Shown: positions 46,100 through 64,000, numbered from the stretch's first letter. The stretch: 64,000 nt of DNA from Cyanophora paradoxa CCMP329 (GCA_004431415.1 QPMI01000451.1:1-64000); one strand, 5' to 3'. A program made the numbers and translations. Notes: generated by a model from the sequence alone, not told the origin.

Positions 46100-48384
46100 A
46101 TGGCGTCGTTCGCAATCGCCCCCGTGCTGGGCGCCCGGGGATCGTACCCGCGAGCCGCGGAGCCGGAGCTCGAGGCCGCCGCCGCCCGCCTGCACACGGC
46201 GGCTCGCCGCAAGAGCCCTGCCCTTCGCTGCTTCGATGCCCTGAGCCACCGCCGAGTGCGCCCGGCGTTCTCGGCGGCTCGCTCGTTCGGTTGCGATGCC
46301 GCCTCCCTCCGCAAGCCGGCCCGCAACGCCCCCGCCGCCAGCAAACAGTGGCAGGAGACTGTCTGCCAGGCGGACGGAGCAGCGTCCGCCTCCTCAGGCG
46401 AGCAGCCCAGTGTTCCTGAATATGACGCGGAAACGAAGAAGAAGTACAAGATCTGGCGCATCCGTGTATTCGCGAGCCTTTTCCTTGGCTACGCGTGCAG
46501 GTCAGCGTGATCTCGGTTGCGTCCCGCGCGCCCTCTGATCGCCGGATCAGCTACATCGCTCGGTCAGGCTTCACGTACGTGGCACCGCTGCTCCGCGACC
46601 AAGCTGGGATGACGCTTCAGCAAATTGGCGTCATCAACTCCGTTTTTCCCGGTGCTTTCCACCTGTGCGTCATGCCCGCCGCTGCTGATCGCTTGAGCAG
46701 TCGCGTATGGCGTGAGCAAGTTCGTGTCCGGTGTCATCTCCGACTACGCCAATCCGCGCTACTTTATTGCGCTCGGTCTCATCGTCACTGGGCTCCTCGA
46801 TGTCCTTTTCTGCGCCTCGACCAATGTGACCTGGTGTGCTGCAGCGTCCTGACCCTGGCCCTGCGTTGACTGATGCTGCTTCGTAGGATGGCCGTCATCT
46901 GGGGCCTCAATGGCTGGATTGCAGCTGTCGCGGCGCCTGCTGCCGCCAAGACTCTGACTGCATGGTATGCCCCGTCGGAGCGTGGCACGTGGTGGGGCAT
47001 CTGGAACACTAGCACGAATCTGGGTCACTTCTTTTCGGCACACCCGTGTTCTTTCGTTGAATCCTGAAATTCACACAGGGGGGTTCCTCTCTGCTTTCAT
47101 CAGCGCCTGGTTTGCGCAGAAGCTCGGCTGGAAATGGGGCATGTACGTGCCCGGTATTGTCGGCATTGTGATGGGGATTTTGTTCTTCTTTATGGCCCGT
47201 GGTGATCCGACTGAGGTCGGCCTCCCTCCGATCGACGAGTTCAAGTATGTCGCGTGATTTTCATTTTAGGCTATGTTGTCAGCTGTTGCTGACGTGCATT
47301 CAGGGGTGAGAAGAAGGTCGTCAAGAAGGATGCTGCCGGGGCAAAAAGTTCGACGGAGGGCATGACACAGAATCAGATTTTCATGAAGTATGCTCTGATT
47401 GCAGTGTTTTTGTGCTCTCTTTTTGATTTGAGTGCCCGCTGCTTGCAGATATGTCATGCTCAATCCAGCTGTTTGGATTCTTGCCATCTCGTATTTGGGT
47501 GTGTACTTCATTCGCACTGGCGTCACAAACTGGTCTCGTGAGTAGAAGAGTTGATTTCGCTCGTCTCTCGAGCCCTCTGACTGTTCCTCTGCTTTTAGAT
47601 TTCTACCTCATGGATGTGAAGGGTTGGTGAACATGCCACTGGGTGAGGCTGCACGCTAACTCGATGACAGGTGTGAAAGATGCTGCCGAAGCAGCATCGC
47701 GTGTCAGTGGGCGTGAACTCGTGCGTTCTATTCGGTAGATCGCCATCGTTTGCTCTGCTTCTATTTACATCCTTCGACAGGGCGGTCTCCTTAGCAACTT
47801 CGTATCGGGCCCACTCTCTGATAAGGTCTGCTCTCAGTGAAATTGAAGTCTTTTGAATTTACGAGCATCATGATCGCAGGTCTTTGGTGGCAGGCGCATC
47901 CCCGTCATCGCGATTTTCCTCCTTGGTCCGTGTCGCTGATGTTCGCCTGGCAATCTTTCTCAATCGATTGTTTTCGACTTGCAGGTGTTGTCGGATCTAC
48001 AGCCGGCTTCTGGCTCTCGCCTATTGGCGCCCCTGCATTCTTGGACTGGCTCTGGGTGTTCCTCCTCGGTTTCTTTGTGTATGGCCCCCAGGTATGCAAA
48101 TTTGTTTCTGATAATGCTGTTGTGTTCCTCATGTTGCGGTGCCTCAGATGCTTGTCGGGCTTGCTGGAGTGGAACTCGCTCACAAGTCTGCTGCCTCCTC
48201 AGCCATTGGTTTCTTGGGCCTCGTCTCGTACCTTGGTGCCGGAATTGCAGGAGCACCGCTCACCATCCTGGTCAAGCAGTACGGCTGGAACGCTTTCTTC
48301 ATGAGCCTCATCGCATGTGCACTGTTCTCGCTCGCGCTAGTTCTCCCCCTCTGGAACAGGCGTGCACGCGAGACAGAGGAGTAG
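46100..48384 (+). CDS. uhpC: UhpC-type hexose-phosphate MFS transporter with plastid transit peptide
   Basis: YKIWRIRVF, YGVSKFVSGVISD, WYAPSERGTWWGIWNTS.NLG, GFFVYGPQMLVGL...ELAHK.AASSAIGF. N-terminus MASFAIAPV. Confidence 0.9.
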
Positions 48385-49994
48385 AGTCAGTCAGCCCTTG
48401 AGTAGCTAGAACCAACCTTGACAGAGCTTAGCACTAGCGATCGCACTAGCCCTTGAGTAGCACTAGCTAGCGATCGCTGAGTACCGGGCGTCAATGGCCC
48501 TTGCTCGGAGGCTCGTAATTGTATTCGAAACTTGAATCTTGATTCCAAATCGTCTAAAGCTAGCCGCTGTAGATTTCGAGGGCGAGCTCCGCATCAGAGC
48601 TGTGCGTGGCTATCTGGTCACATTAGCATTCGGACACGTACTAGAAACGCAACTTGGCAAGTCCGGGCTACAAGTGTGGGGCGGGATGTAACCTATACCC
48701 TAGCGAGCGCTAGCCGCTGAGCTGACCGGACAGGCCCCGGCCCGTGGCCAGCGGCTCTGCGTGGCCCCCCTAATTTTTATAAGGAGACGTCCTACCTAAT
48801 CGCAATCGTAATCGAAGTCGTCTACCGTACCTAATCGCAACCGTAATCGTATATACGTAATCGAAGACGGCCACGCGGAACTCGCTCACTAATGAGAGGG
48901 TAACCCCCCTCTAGATCTCGGTTGTGGACGACTAAGCACCCGTACCCGGTCGTCGAGCGGCCTCGGAGCAGGTGCGCACACGCAATAAACGATGCAATTT
49001 GAGCGCAGCGGGAGCGCAGTGTGACCACCAAGATGCTCCGGGCGACTATCTGCACATTGATAACACTGGCATACCAGCCGCGGACGACGCAGGCTAGAAG
49101 CGGCGGTGCTATAGCTACCTACGGGGGCGAGAAGCCGCGGACGACGCAGGCAGGGCCCTCTGAAGGGGGGCGTGCACTCCCCCTGGGGTTCCTTTGTCTG
49201 GACGATCGTAATTCGAGACGATCGATACCTATGTAGCTAGCGCTCTAGATCTCTATATATTGATCGTAATCGTCCGACGGTCGTAATTCTTAGCGCCACA
49301 GGGCAAAATATTAATGCACCGACGGTTCGGTGCAAAATATAAATGCAAAATATTAACACGCTTGTCGGCTCCGCGAGCGCAGTCCCTGCAATGACGGCGA
49401 CTGGCCATGGCCATGGCATGAGCGCTCGTCCCGGCGGCGCTCAAGCGCCTGGGTGCCGGGTGCATTGGATCTGCGTGCCCGGGCGCGCTTCCTCGAGCTA
49501 GCGAGCGAGCCATGCGAACACTCAGCTGCCGCGGCCGAGCGGACGTCAATCTCTGCGCAGCCGGCGACCGCGGCCGAGAAGCCTTGAAGGTACCGTAGTA
49601 CTAGTACGTATACGGGACATGATCGGAGAGGATCTCGGGCTCCGCGTCCCCCTGCCAGGCTGGAGGTAAGGCGCGGCGCCGGTGGCGCTCTCCACATCTT
49701 GTCGCTGCAGCAGCAGGGCCGGGCCGCTCCTGACGCTGGGCGCTTGAAGATTCGTGTGTTTGATATCTTTTTTCTAATTTCGTAACCACCACCCAGACTC
49801 GGGTTCGAGTCCTGGGAGTGTCTTTTACTTGCTCTCTCTCTCTTTTGAGCGCCTCGCCACCTAGGCCTTGGCAAAGGTTCCCTTAAGGTGCTGCTCGAGT
49901 CGCAGCGCGCCAGCTATCGCTTCGACTATTCTCGCAGCGCGCTAGCTTTCTCAAAGCCTGGCAGGGCTCTAACCTTACCGCCGCGGGCGACAGA

Positions 49995-54263
<4,269 letters not shown>

Positions 54264-54552
54264 TTCACTTACGTAAGCTTAGCTTCAATTTTTGAAATCG
54301 AAAATACAGAGAGATTTGGTCACGAACTTAATCGCAAGTCCGAGCTACAAGTGTGGGATGTTCAGTGTGGCGCTGCTGCCGTGGGCCCAGTCCCCCCAGC
54401 GCGCACCAGGCCAGTGGGGCCCTGTGTTGCCCCGTGAGAGAGTAATTCGCCTCCCCACGGGCACTGGCTACAGGCATCACGACTCCAGGGCGGCGAGGTC
54501 GTCTCGGGCCACTGCAGCTGCTTCCAGGGGAGGCAGCAAGTGACCAACCACA

Positions 54553-54900
54553 GTCCCTTCTGCGAGACAAGAAACCCGACCACTGATGGCGGACCAGGAC
54601 GGGAACTGGGACGAGAACTGGGACGACCCTTGGCGCTCACGATCGTGATCATGATCACTGCCATTCGCAATCGGCCCCCGCCCCCCGCCCCCCGCCCCCC
54701 CCCCCCCCCGGGCCCACTGACACGTAAATTATTAAAATTTCGAATTCACGTTGTATTGCATGCATGCAAGGTTTAATTAATGAAGGACATAATATTCCAA
54801 GGAAAGGAATAATATTGAAGATGTTCCATCGTTGCATTCAACGTAATTATAAACACGTGGTGTAAGCTAGCGGCTAGCTAGCTGCATCTCCGGACTACGC
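54553..54900 (+). repeat. Diverged duplicate of the 3' end and flank of the TIG/PSI gene (44618-45090), lacking the 44753-44945 insert
   Basis: Shared actgggacgagaactgggacgaccc...cattcgcaatcg and cacgtaaa...cataatattcca...gttccatcgttgcattca blocks. Confidence 0.85.
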
Positions 54901-55639
54901 CTGGTTGGGTGTCATGTTGAAAGTTTCGTTCCTTGCCGTTGTTGGTGCCACGGTGCACGACGAGCACGGCATCAGTGGGCAGTGGGAGTTCCCGCAGATC
55001 TAGACCCGGTCCAATATATTAATGGGGTCCGGGACCCGTCGGAATTCGAAGCCTGCGTGCGGGCTGCGGCGCATGCGCAAAAGGGGAGTCAGACCGAGAT
55101 CAGCGCGATCCCTCCCTGCAGCTGTTTTATTCTGCGCGGCGTGACGTCGACAATTCCAGTTACGCAGTATATATATATGCGTTAGAAGTACATCACATAT
55201 CATTCGAATTCAGGAGGCAGCGATATCGATATCGATACCCGGCAGTTTCGACCTGGAGCTCGCCAGCTCCCGAGCCTCGGAGCTTGAGTTTCGAACGTTA
55301 GCTTTAGCGCGCGCTGACGTCAGGCTCAATAGCTAACGGCGTCGAAGCGATCGAATTTCGGAATCAAAGCAGGTCGCGTAGCACGCGGAAGCTGAGTTGT
55401 GTTTGCGCGTTGCGTCAATGGGGTACACGCGCGGCTGGGATGGGGAGAAGGAGCGGTAGGGGTAGAGGCAGTGGGAAAAGGTTCGAGATCACAGCGCAGC
55501 GCAGCGAATAGGGAGGGGCCCAGGGCATAGCGCGGCGGTCCAGCAGCTTCAGCTAGGAGCTCGCGCGCGACGCGGCTGTCGAACCAGCGAAAACGAGGCA
55601 TTGCACTCGCGGCTCACCCTGCGCGTGCAGGTCGCAACA

Positions 55640-56079
55640 ATGCCGAAGGCGGAGAACAAAAAGAGCCGCGCGGCGGAGATCGTGACGCGGGAGTACACGA
55701 TCAACCTGCACAAGCGCCTGCATGGCGTGTATCCTTGAAAGCGCGGCTTCTCATGCCTCCGGAACTTTCGAGCTATAGCTGCCGCGCCCTTGACCTGCCG
55801 GCCCGCAGCGGGTTCAAGAAGCGCGCGCCCCGCGCCGTGAAGGAGATCAAGAAGTTTGCCTCGAAGATCATGGGCACGACCGACGTCCGCGTCGACCCCC
55901 GCCTCAACAAGTTCGTCTGGAACCAAGGCATCCGTAGCGTGCCGTACCGCGTGCGCGTTCGCCTTGCCCGGAAGCGCAACGACGATGAGGACGCGAAGGA
56001 GAAGCTGTACACCCTCGTTACCTACGTCCCGGTGACCTCGTTCAAGGGCCTGCAGACCCAGAACGTTGACGCCGAATAA
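55640..56079 (+). CDS. RPL31: 60S ribosomal protein L31 (one coding intron, ~55728-55809)
   Basis: [44 protein letters not shown]. Confidence 0.98.
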
Positions 56080-57012
56080 GGCGCAATCTCTTGGACGGCG
56101 GGAGGACGCTGCAAGCTGCTCCTTTCGCAGCCCTCGCCTGCCAGCTCTGTTCTCTCCTATTGCGACCCCAATTGTGTGAATTCCCACGAAATCGACTGCA
56201 CGTGAAAGCAAACGGGGGGGCCCTAGGACTCTCTCTTGGCCATAGGGGCCCGTTCCGGATCTTTTAAACCACTCTCTGGTATGCCAGCTTGGTTTCCCTT
56301 ATCAGCTCCTTCTTGATCGTGAGCACCAAGCTCGCCAGGTAGTTTTCTACTTGATAGATGGCTCGGCTATCGATTACGATTAGGGGTTGGGCGAAGCTAA
56401 GGTCACCGGGTTGCCAAGTTGGACGTCTTGCATGTAAAAGATCATGGAAGCTAGAGCTGGAGGACGCGAACATGTACCGTAGTACAAGATCTGCTACTCA
56501 ATATTCTCGAAGCGCTAGCTGACATGGGGACCATGAACCTGGTCAAGGCTTGAATTCGAAGGAATCGTTAAGCATGTATATATATATATATAATTATAAG
56601 TACGTGTAGAGCTTGAGTACTAGTTCATGCAACCGACGAGTGCACGTGTGAGTGCATATGCATATATATCGATTTCGAAATCGATTCCAGGGCGCTTTAA
56701 GCTTTGATTTGGATCCCGGGTCCCACCACTCAAGAATGACGGTGATGCTGCACCTCTCACGTGCATTATTCCCCTTTCGGGCCTCGGCCGCGCGGGGGGA
56801 ACGGTGGGGCCGGCAATGACGAGGGCTGCACCTTCCTATGTGTAGCCCACACAGGCGTAGGTCACAGATGCAGCTAGCTAGCCGCTAGCTTGCGTGTCTA
56901 CGCTGAACGCATGTGTCGATGAAAGGTACATGCACCGCAATTGCAGCCCGGATAATGCCGATTTCGGCGTCTGCCACTGCTTTGATAGAATTTGACGACA
57001 ATCTTGATCGAG

Positions 57013-59741
57013 CTAAGATTTCAGTGATTGGATTTGCTGAAGTGCCTGATTGAAGTTTCCTTGTGTCCGAATCAGCGCCTGCAGGGCGTTAGGATGTGTG
57101 GATGTCACTTTTTTGGCGATTCGGCATTCTGCACCTGCTGGACGATATCGACCGGAGCACCCGTGGCGGCCACTAAAGGTTGAACCATCTCTTGCTGCAG
57201 AGCACATGAGGCCAATTGCCATCTTCAAAGCTGGGGGAAAATGGACCTGCAATCTTGCAAGAGCTGCATCGTAGTTCCAGCCGACTGCAATCAACATCTG
57301 ACGGCAGTAGTCTGAAGCTGCTGTCGTTGTAGAAGACAGCCTCTGCACAAGCGCCTCCTGGAATGCCAGGTCAACCGCCTCCTGGGGCAACGAGATAAAA
57401 CTTTCGAGAACCTGGTCAGTTGCAACCAGTGAACTAGGTGGCTGCCCTGCCGCCTGTGGCTGTGCTAAGTCCTCCTTTGGTCGCAACTGCGAAAGCCTAA
57501 GAACACATGGAAAACTTTTTCCGAATTCAATGATCTGGAGAAAGTATCAGCACACCGTGAGACTCTCATTGAGGATCAATGCAGGCCAAGCCCCAGCAGC
57601 TTGCCTGTGGAAGCGTGTGAGTAAAAGAGAGAATGTAAATAGATTCACGCACTGATTTGATGGGGGAACAAGAATGAAAACACGATCGAAGCTGAATACG
57701 TCACTAGTCGTTGCTGGACGATGTCAGCGAGTCACAATCAGACGACTCAACACAGACAGAGAAATAACTGACTTTCTGTGAAAAGGCCATGCACGTTGAC
57801 AACGAGGAACTGCATCCCTGCCTTAGAGAGTGACGCAGGTGCACAGCAAAACTACAGCGCACAGGACATGGCCCAACTCGGTCAAGCACAAAAGAATCCA
57901 CCACTAAGCTTTGCAGATTGTGAGCAGTGGAGGGCAATTGTGTCAGGGCCTGCAGGAATTAATAAGACACGAACATGGAAAAAGCAGCAGGACAAAGAAT
58001 GCATCAAGATGTAGGACCTGGACAATGTTCAATGGTGTATAGCGGAGAGCCGAGAACCGTTTGCCTGCATGGGCCGGCTTGGAAGTATGCCACACAGAAG
58101 CGCTTGAAGGCATTCACCATCTTCCTGCAACCTCAGGAGATTCCTAGATGACGTGATAAGGGCGCGGAGTCGGTTCTGCACTGATGGAGCAACTTGCATC
58201 TGGCCGAATGTGAGAACTCGGCTCCGTCTTGGTGCATAACTGATGTACCCCTGGAACGGAGGTTTGAACCACGACGGAGAAGCACGCGTTTTCGGTATAT
58301 GCATTGAAAAGCTGCTGCCGATTCGTGCTGTCATATGTCTCGAAGAACCTGCGAGAGGCTTGAATCTGCCGCGTGGAGAGAAATGCGAATCGCAAATACC
58401 TTGGAATAAATGCCGACACAATCGCTTGGGAGTTCGCATCCAGGTAGGAACCCTGCAATGCCCTCAGTTACGACATCACAATGCAGCAACGATTCGTCTG
58501 CACCAGTGTTGGTGGGAGCGACAAAGCGGCGTCATCGGGCCCAACCTAGGAAAATTCCAGTTCAACCAGGAACATGGTATTTCAAAGCATGGTTCAAACC
58601 TCCACGCCGTCTAAGTACTGTAGAGATTTGAAACAGCGAAGAACTCGTCTGAAAGCACACAGAATTAGGATCCTACGCATGTTCCCCCGGTAAAAACACG
58701 CACGCTCGGTATGTGGCATCAGAGGCGATTGGATTGTCTGCAAACCACACTTCACGCAGTGCCAGGTGCGACATACTCTCGATTTCCTGCAAGCGATGGG
58801 ATCAGAAGTACGCACAACAGCCTGATTCAGGTAAACATGGGGCTTTACCTTGAAGTCCGAGATTTCATTTCCTTGCAGGCTAATGTTCACAACTGCCGGG
58901 GCAAGGCGGGAAATGCTGTCTCCAAAAGTGCGGAGACGAGAAATCCTGTTCTGTGAGAGGTCCAGTGTGGTAGCCTAGCTTCGAGCTGAGAGTCTCGGCA
59001 ACAATGAAAGCAAACTCATTCCGGTGGCACCTGTGGACATACTTTGTAGATAGCAGCAAGAAAGCGCTCCGCAATGTGGGGGCGGCTCAAACTGGCATTT
59101 TTGCCCTGAAACACTGGCTGATTGCTGAGTTGAGCGAGGCTGACGAACTGCGACGTTGGATCGTAGTGCGACTGAACGAACGACACAATTTCGTTATCAG
59201 AGGGTGCTGGCATGGCGTCTCCCATGCCTGCCCCCTCCGAGTAATCTTCTTCGACGCGCAACTGCAAGGAGATATTGATGAGCCCGGCGCAGGAGGCGAG
59301 GGGTGCTGTGCACCTCGCCACCGCCGCATCTTTTGCCTGTGAGACTGAGCAGTGCGTCTGCTTCACGCCGGGACGCGACGCCGAGCGCAGTGCTCGCGGG
59401 CGTGAAGGCATACTGCGTTCAAGTGAGGCCGATGCCGTTGACGCCCGTCGCTCGCCTTGGCGTACCGTTCCTTTCACGTACGAGAACTGGCAGTTCGAAT
59501 TCAGGAAATGCAGCAGATCGGAGTGCGAAACTTGGCTGCCGTAGCCAGAGATCTATGCGTCGAGCACATGAGCGCGGCACAAAGCGCCCCGTCGTTCACG
59601 CACTCGCAGCATGATCACGGCTCCACCCGCGCCGCCTCCGGAACTGCGCGGTGGCACATAGTGCTGGCCGTAGCCGCCACGCGAGACGAACGCGCCTCCG
59701 CGCCCGCCACGGCCGCCCCGACCGCGTCCGCCGCGCCACAT
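57013..59741 (-). CDS. NXF1: Nuclear mRNA export factor NXF1/Mex67 (RGG N-terminus, LRR, NTF2-like, tandem TAP-C/UBA)
   Basis: NISLQGNEI, LQYLDGVEV, YDSTNRQQLFNAYTENACFS, SRNLLR, FDRVFILVP, YCRQML...WNYDAAL. Confidence 0.85.
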
Positions 59742-59755
59742 TCGTCGACGAGCTA

Positions 59756-59849
59756 GCCACGTGCGCCCACGCTGCCACGCGTCGCTGCAGCGAGCTAGCC
59801 GTTGCCACGTGCGCCCACGCTGCCACGCGTCGCTGCAGCGAGCTAGCGC
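59756..59849. repeat. Tandem ~44-bp duplication upstream of NXF1
   Basis: gccacgtgcgcccacgctgccacgcgtcgctgcagcgagctagc occurs twice. Confidence 0.85.
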
Positions 59850-60157
59850 TCCCGGCGCCTGTCCCGGAATTGCCGTACCCCGACGCGAGAAAACCAAAGA
59901 GAGGCCGACCGAGGTTCAACCGCATCCCTGCCACCGCAAGTCAGCCGCCCGCGCGGCCGCCGCCGCAAGCCGTCCTTCTCGTCATTCGGCGGCCGCAATC
60001 GGCCCGCAATCGCCACGGCTTCGCCCACAGCGTGGGGGACACTGCATTGCCGTGTCCGCGAGCGTACGTGGCGCCCTCGGACTCGCCTTAGGCGTCGACG
60101 TTTATTATACAGCACGGAATGAGTCCGGCTGTCGTCGCCGACCCCGTCCCCGGCATC

Positions 60158-60704
60158 ATGACCGACCAGACCAGCGGACCGACCAGCTGCAAACCTGCGG
60201 CGCGGTCTTCATCGATGGAGCAGGAGAGAAACCGCCTGCGTAGTTTGATCTCCAGACATCCTAAGTACCGCGAGGATCGCCGTTCCTTCCTAGGCGTACG
60301 TTTCTTCAGAGGTCTCCTTTCGATTCGATTGCATATTGACGGGCTGCCATGGCCAATCCGCGAGCAGACGTACGACGGCCTCGGGGCACTCCCTAAGCAT
60401 AAGCTCGTCGCCCTCGCAACAACGTTGGGGATCGACACAGCGGGTCTGTCCCAGCGCTCTGCGCGCGGGTCTGCACTTCTTTCTGAGCCGCACCAATTCG
60501 AATCATTGAATTCTGAGGATAATGTCTGTATCTTCTGTTCGGAACCGTGCATGTGTCTCGGCCATTGAAGACCCGAGTGACGTTCCATCTTTGGCAGCCT
60601 CGTCTCCGTCTCCTTCCGGCCGGAGTGTTGCATCATCAACATCGTCGCCAAGCAGCCGTCCCGCTCAGCAGTCTTCATCTGTAACATGCCAACAATCTCT
60701 GCGT

Positions 60705-60735
<31 letters not shown>

Positions 60736-61432
60736 TGCGGCACATTGGGATCGATTTTCCATCCACGTTTCTCACTGGCTTCACGCCGCTTGGCAGCGAT
60801 CAGTTTCATCCGTTGTCTGTCGATTCCATGTCCATGACGCCATGTGAATTTCCAGAACCGAGGCCAGTGACTTTGGGTTTGGGGACAGCAGAAGGTGGGC
60901 GTTTGATTTATCGCTCTCGTCCTGTGTAATCTCAAACTTATCCGGTTCATATGTGCGAGCAGCCCTCGGGTTTGCATCCTCGGCGGACTTTATGGACATT
61001 CCGATTGATATTGCCCAGCCCAACTCGCCATTCAGCAGTTTCTTCAACTCGTCCACTCCACGTCCAGCTGGAAGTCCACCGCCTTCAAATCTTGCTGCCT
61101 TTCAAACCACAGATGCATCTGCAACTGAACCTGTTGCGCCATCGTTGAAAACTCTTGTGCGTGTTAACCTCCGTCCAGATTTCCTTTTCCGTGGGCTGAC
61201 TTATTACCAGAGCCACTCCGATGTGAGAACATTCCTGGAGGACGTCTTCAAACCAGACCCCATTCCGGAATCAATCTCGAAAGCTTTCAACGAGAACGCC
61301 GTAGACATGGAGGTTGTCCGGAGCTCTCATTTCACGAGTGACTTGCTTGTTCGGCACCTCAAGTTATCGGTTGCAGATGCAATGAGGATAATCGAAGCAC
61401 GCATAGACATTACAGCAGTGCGTTCAGCATAA
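60158..61432 (+). CDS. Multi-exon protein with C-terminal SAM-like domain
   Basis: SDVRTFLE...ISKAFNENAVDMEVV....DLLVRHLKLSVADAMRII; Ser/Gln-rich middle region. Confidence 0.55.
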
Positions 61433-61504
61433 GCACTACGTAATGTGCAGTAGTGTACAGCTCCTTACACGTCAGCAGAAACAGTTGTGAATATGACTTG
61501 TGTG

Positions 61505-61728
61505 TTTTTTTGGGGAAGGACCCCCTTCCCCTTCCCCCACTTAGGGGTGTTCGGGTGCCCACCCTAGGCCAAAATGAAATGTCCCGACCTCTCAAAAACC
61601 GGATTTTCTCGCCGGATCCTAGCAAGGCATGTTTCCAGGAGCCCGAAAACGTGTACCGGGAGTTTCCGGTCCCGTCGGGTCGATCAGGAATGGGCAATAA
61701 CACGTTTTCGAAAAATGCGATCTAGCGC
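61505..61728 (-). repeat. ~230-bp dispersed repeat, copy 2
   Basis: Reverse complement of 803-1030. Confidence 0.9.
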
Positions 61729-61748
61729 TTACTGTTTGTGCAGTACTA

Positions 61749-61849
61749 TGCTCTTTCTAAGCTACGGGCGCGGCCGGACCTCCTACCTCAGCGCTTTAAC
61801 TGTACCCGTGCTGTTTGGGTGAGAGCGTAACCCGCAGGGACTGGTGCCC
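61749..61849 (-). repeat. Full-length orphan family-1 repeat copy
   Basis: Near-identical to 18283-18383; no Fanzor ORF recognised upstream. Confidence 0.9.
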
Positions 61850-62750
61850 CTTGGTCCGCCCGACAGGGAGCGGGCCGTCACGGGGATTCAGGCTCTTCCT
61901 CATGTGGCGCTGTCGGGTGTCCGACGGTCCACATAGGTTGGCTTCGTTTCGACTCCACATAGGAAGTCCGCCCGTCCGTGGCATAGTACTATGCCATCTT
62001 CTTTCCCGAGTTCTTCGAATCAGTCCGTCCCGGCAGGATCCCAAGCGCTGGCTAGTACTCCCGGAAATTAAAGAGCTCTGCCTGCCCCCTCGTTCGCCCC
62101 CCCCCCCCCCCCCCCCCCCCCCCCACTCTCTGCCCCCCAACCTCCCAACAACAACAACAAATCGAGCGTAGCCATGGCCAGCCTGAGCACGTAGCGTTGC
62201 TTTTTGCTGTAGCTACTGTGTGAAGAGCAGTCTACACTACCGGGAGCTGCCCTGGTGCGAGAGCAGTCTACAGCAGTGCGCGCAGGTGCCCTGGAGCGTC
62301 GGCCTGCTCGGCGGCTGATCGTCCTCCGCCCGCGCAGGCGCTCCTCTGGGTGGGAGGCTCGTCGATCGAGTGCGCCCCCGTTTGATTTCATTTGGATCTC
62401 AAGACCTTTCGATTTCGATCTGACCCACTTCGCCCCTGGCGCAGGCTGACTCCATGTCGGGCCCCTCCGTGGGCCTGTAGGGGCTCCCGCCACCGCCCCG
62501 AGACGACCCCCGCCGCCACAAGACGCGATGCAGCACCACGCCGCGCATGCGGGCACCTGTAGCTATTTAGCTGGCCAGAGTGTCCGCGGGGAGGCGCATT
62601 ACTCTCCTCAGGGGGCCACGCAGGGCCCGGCCGGCCGGCTTGCTGGTGGGCTGGGCCCGCGGCCGCGGCGGCCGCAGTGTACATTCCCACACTTGTAGCC
62701 CGGACCTGCGTCTTAAGTACGTGTCCAAATGCGTCTACACTACTTCTACA

Positions 62751-64000
62751 CTACTTGCGCTGCCAGCGGGTGCCTGTGGGGGAGTCCAGGAGGACGTAGC
62801 CGGCTGCTGCAAAGACATCGCGGATCTCGTCGCTGCGCTTGAAGTCCTTCCCCTTGCGGGCGGCAGCGCGTTCCTCAATGAGGCGCTCCCACTCGCGCAC
62901 AGTCGCCTCGTCGAGGCCGTCGGTCTCACCGAAGTCGGAGTGGACGGCAGGCCCCGTAGCGAGCGCCTCCGCCGGCACCTCGTAGAAGATTCCGAGCACC
63001 GAGTCCACGTCCTCTAGCAGCCCCACCACCTGCCGCTCCCTAACGCCCCGCCCCCCACCCCACGACCCACACGCCGCACCGCCCCTGCTCCGACCATCGT
63101 GAGAGTCCCCTTGCGAAGAGCTTGCTCGGCCTTGCCTGGGAGTGGGGCGTGAGAGGTTGGGGAGGGCGGCGGGACCAGCCGGCGGACCGACGAGCTCAAA
63201 GATGGCCGCGGTGGCGCGCGGCGTGTTCAAGTCTGCAGGGGCTCTCAAAAAATGAGGCGACAGCGAGGACAGCAGGCGCGGGGCGGCCGGCTGGACCGTC
63301 GTTCATGTGGCGGAGGAAGGCGCGGCGGGTGGCCTCGACCCACTGGGCGGCCTCCCCGACGTCACCTGCGGGGCCGGCGGCGACGACCTCGGCAAGGGAG
63401 GCGCGGAGGGCGTCGAGGCGGCGCAGCGTCTTGGCGGCCGCCTCCATCGAGTCATCGCTGAAGCTCAGCGTGCTGCGGCGCCGGCTGGTCGGCAGAGCGA
63501 GGGCAGGGAAGGGAGGGGGGAGCGGGGCGGGCGGACGAGCGGTACTGGGAGGAGACGACGAGGTAGCGGAAGGCGCGGGCATCCTCGGCGCGCCGCACCA
63601 GGTCCCGCACCGTCACGAAGTTGCCCAGGCTCTTCGACATCTGCAGCCACTCTCGCCGCGCCCCGCGCCCCGGCCGGCGCCGCCCCCGCGCGCCTTCTCG
63701 TCGTTGATGTTGACAAAGCCGTTGTGGATCCAATAGCGCGCGAAGGGAGCCCGCCCCGTTGCTGCTTCGCTCTGTGCGATCTCGTTCTCGTGGTGGGGGA
63801 ATACAAGGTCAACGCCGCCCGAGTGGATGTCGAGCTCTGAGTCGGCGTGAGGGCGGCCGGGGGCCAGCGCCGGCGGGGCGGGCGGGGCGCGCCGTCGCCG
63901 AGGTACTTCGTGCTCATGCAAGAGCACTCGAGGTGCCAGCCGGGGCGGCCGCGCCCGAAGCGGGCAGAGCCGGGCCAGCAGACCTCGCCGTCGGCCTCCT
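62751..64000 (-). CDS. CARS: Cysteinyl-tRNA synthetase, 3' part (bacterial/organellar type likely)
   Basis: [62 protein letters not shown]. Confidence 0.95.

Noticed and set aside
49795-49820. tRNA-like T-loop (GGGTTCGAGTCC); similar words at 335-387 and 41530-41545
   Set aside because: No cloverleaf or A-box could be built.
56264-56473. 69-aa minus-strand ORF after RPL31
   Set aside because: Short, no recognisable family; at most a gene fragment.

Overview
GC-rich eukaryotic genomic DNA with many short GT-AG introns. The host is probably a photosynthetic protist. A glaucophyte such as Cyanophora is inferred from a UhpC transporter with a MASF-type transit peptide and from a cyanobacterial-type plastid rpoB insert. 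Host genes: a Sfi1-repeat protein, HflX/GTPBP6, C12orf4/FERRY3-like, an EH-domain protein, UEV1/MMS2, RPN1, an IPT/TIG-PSI membrane protein, UhpC, AlaRS, RPL31, NXF1/Mex67, a SAM-like protein and CysRS. Two things stand out. (1) A ~12.4 kb intron-poor, virus/plasmid-like island (~29.46-41.9 kb) encodes a herpes-UL9-like origin-binding helicase (frameshifted), a YqaJ/lambda-type exonuclease, a GNAT-like protein and orphan ORFs. The helicase is bracketed by six 50-bp palindromes with AT-rich cores that resemble replication origins. The island also has telomere-like (CCCAAGT)n arrays and weak terminal direct repeats. No capsid, polymerase or integrase was recognised. (2) Two intron-containing Fanzor2/TnpB remnants are each followed by a distinct dispersed repeat with a sharp 3' boundary (candidate omegaRNA/right ends). 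Orphan copies of these repeats sit convergent to host gene 3' ends, and the flank of one copy matches an empty paralogous site. All calls are by eye; exon boundaries and coordinates are approximate.
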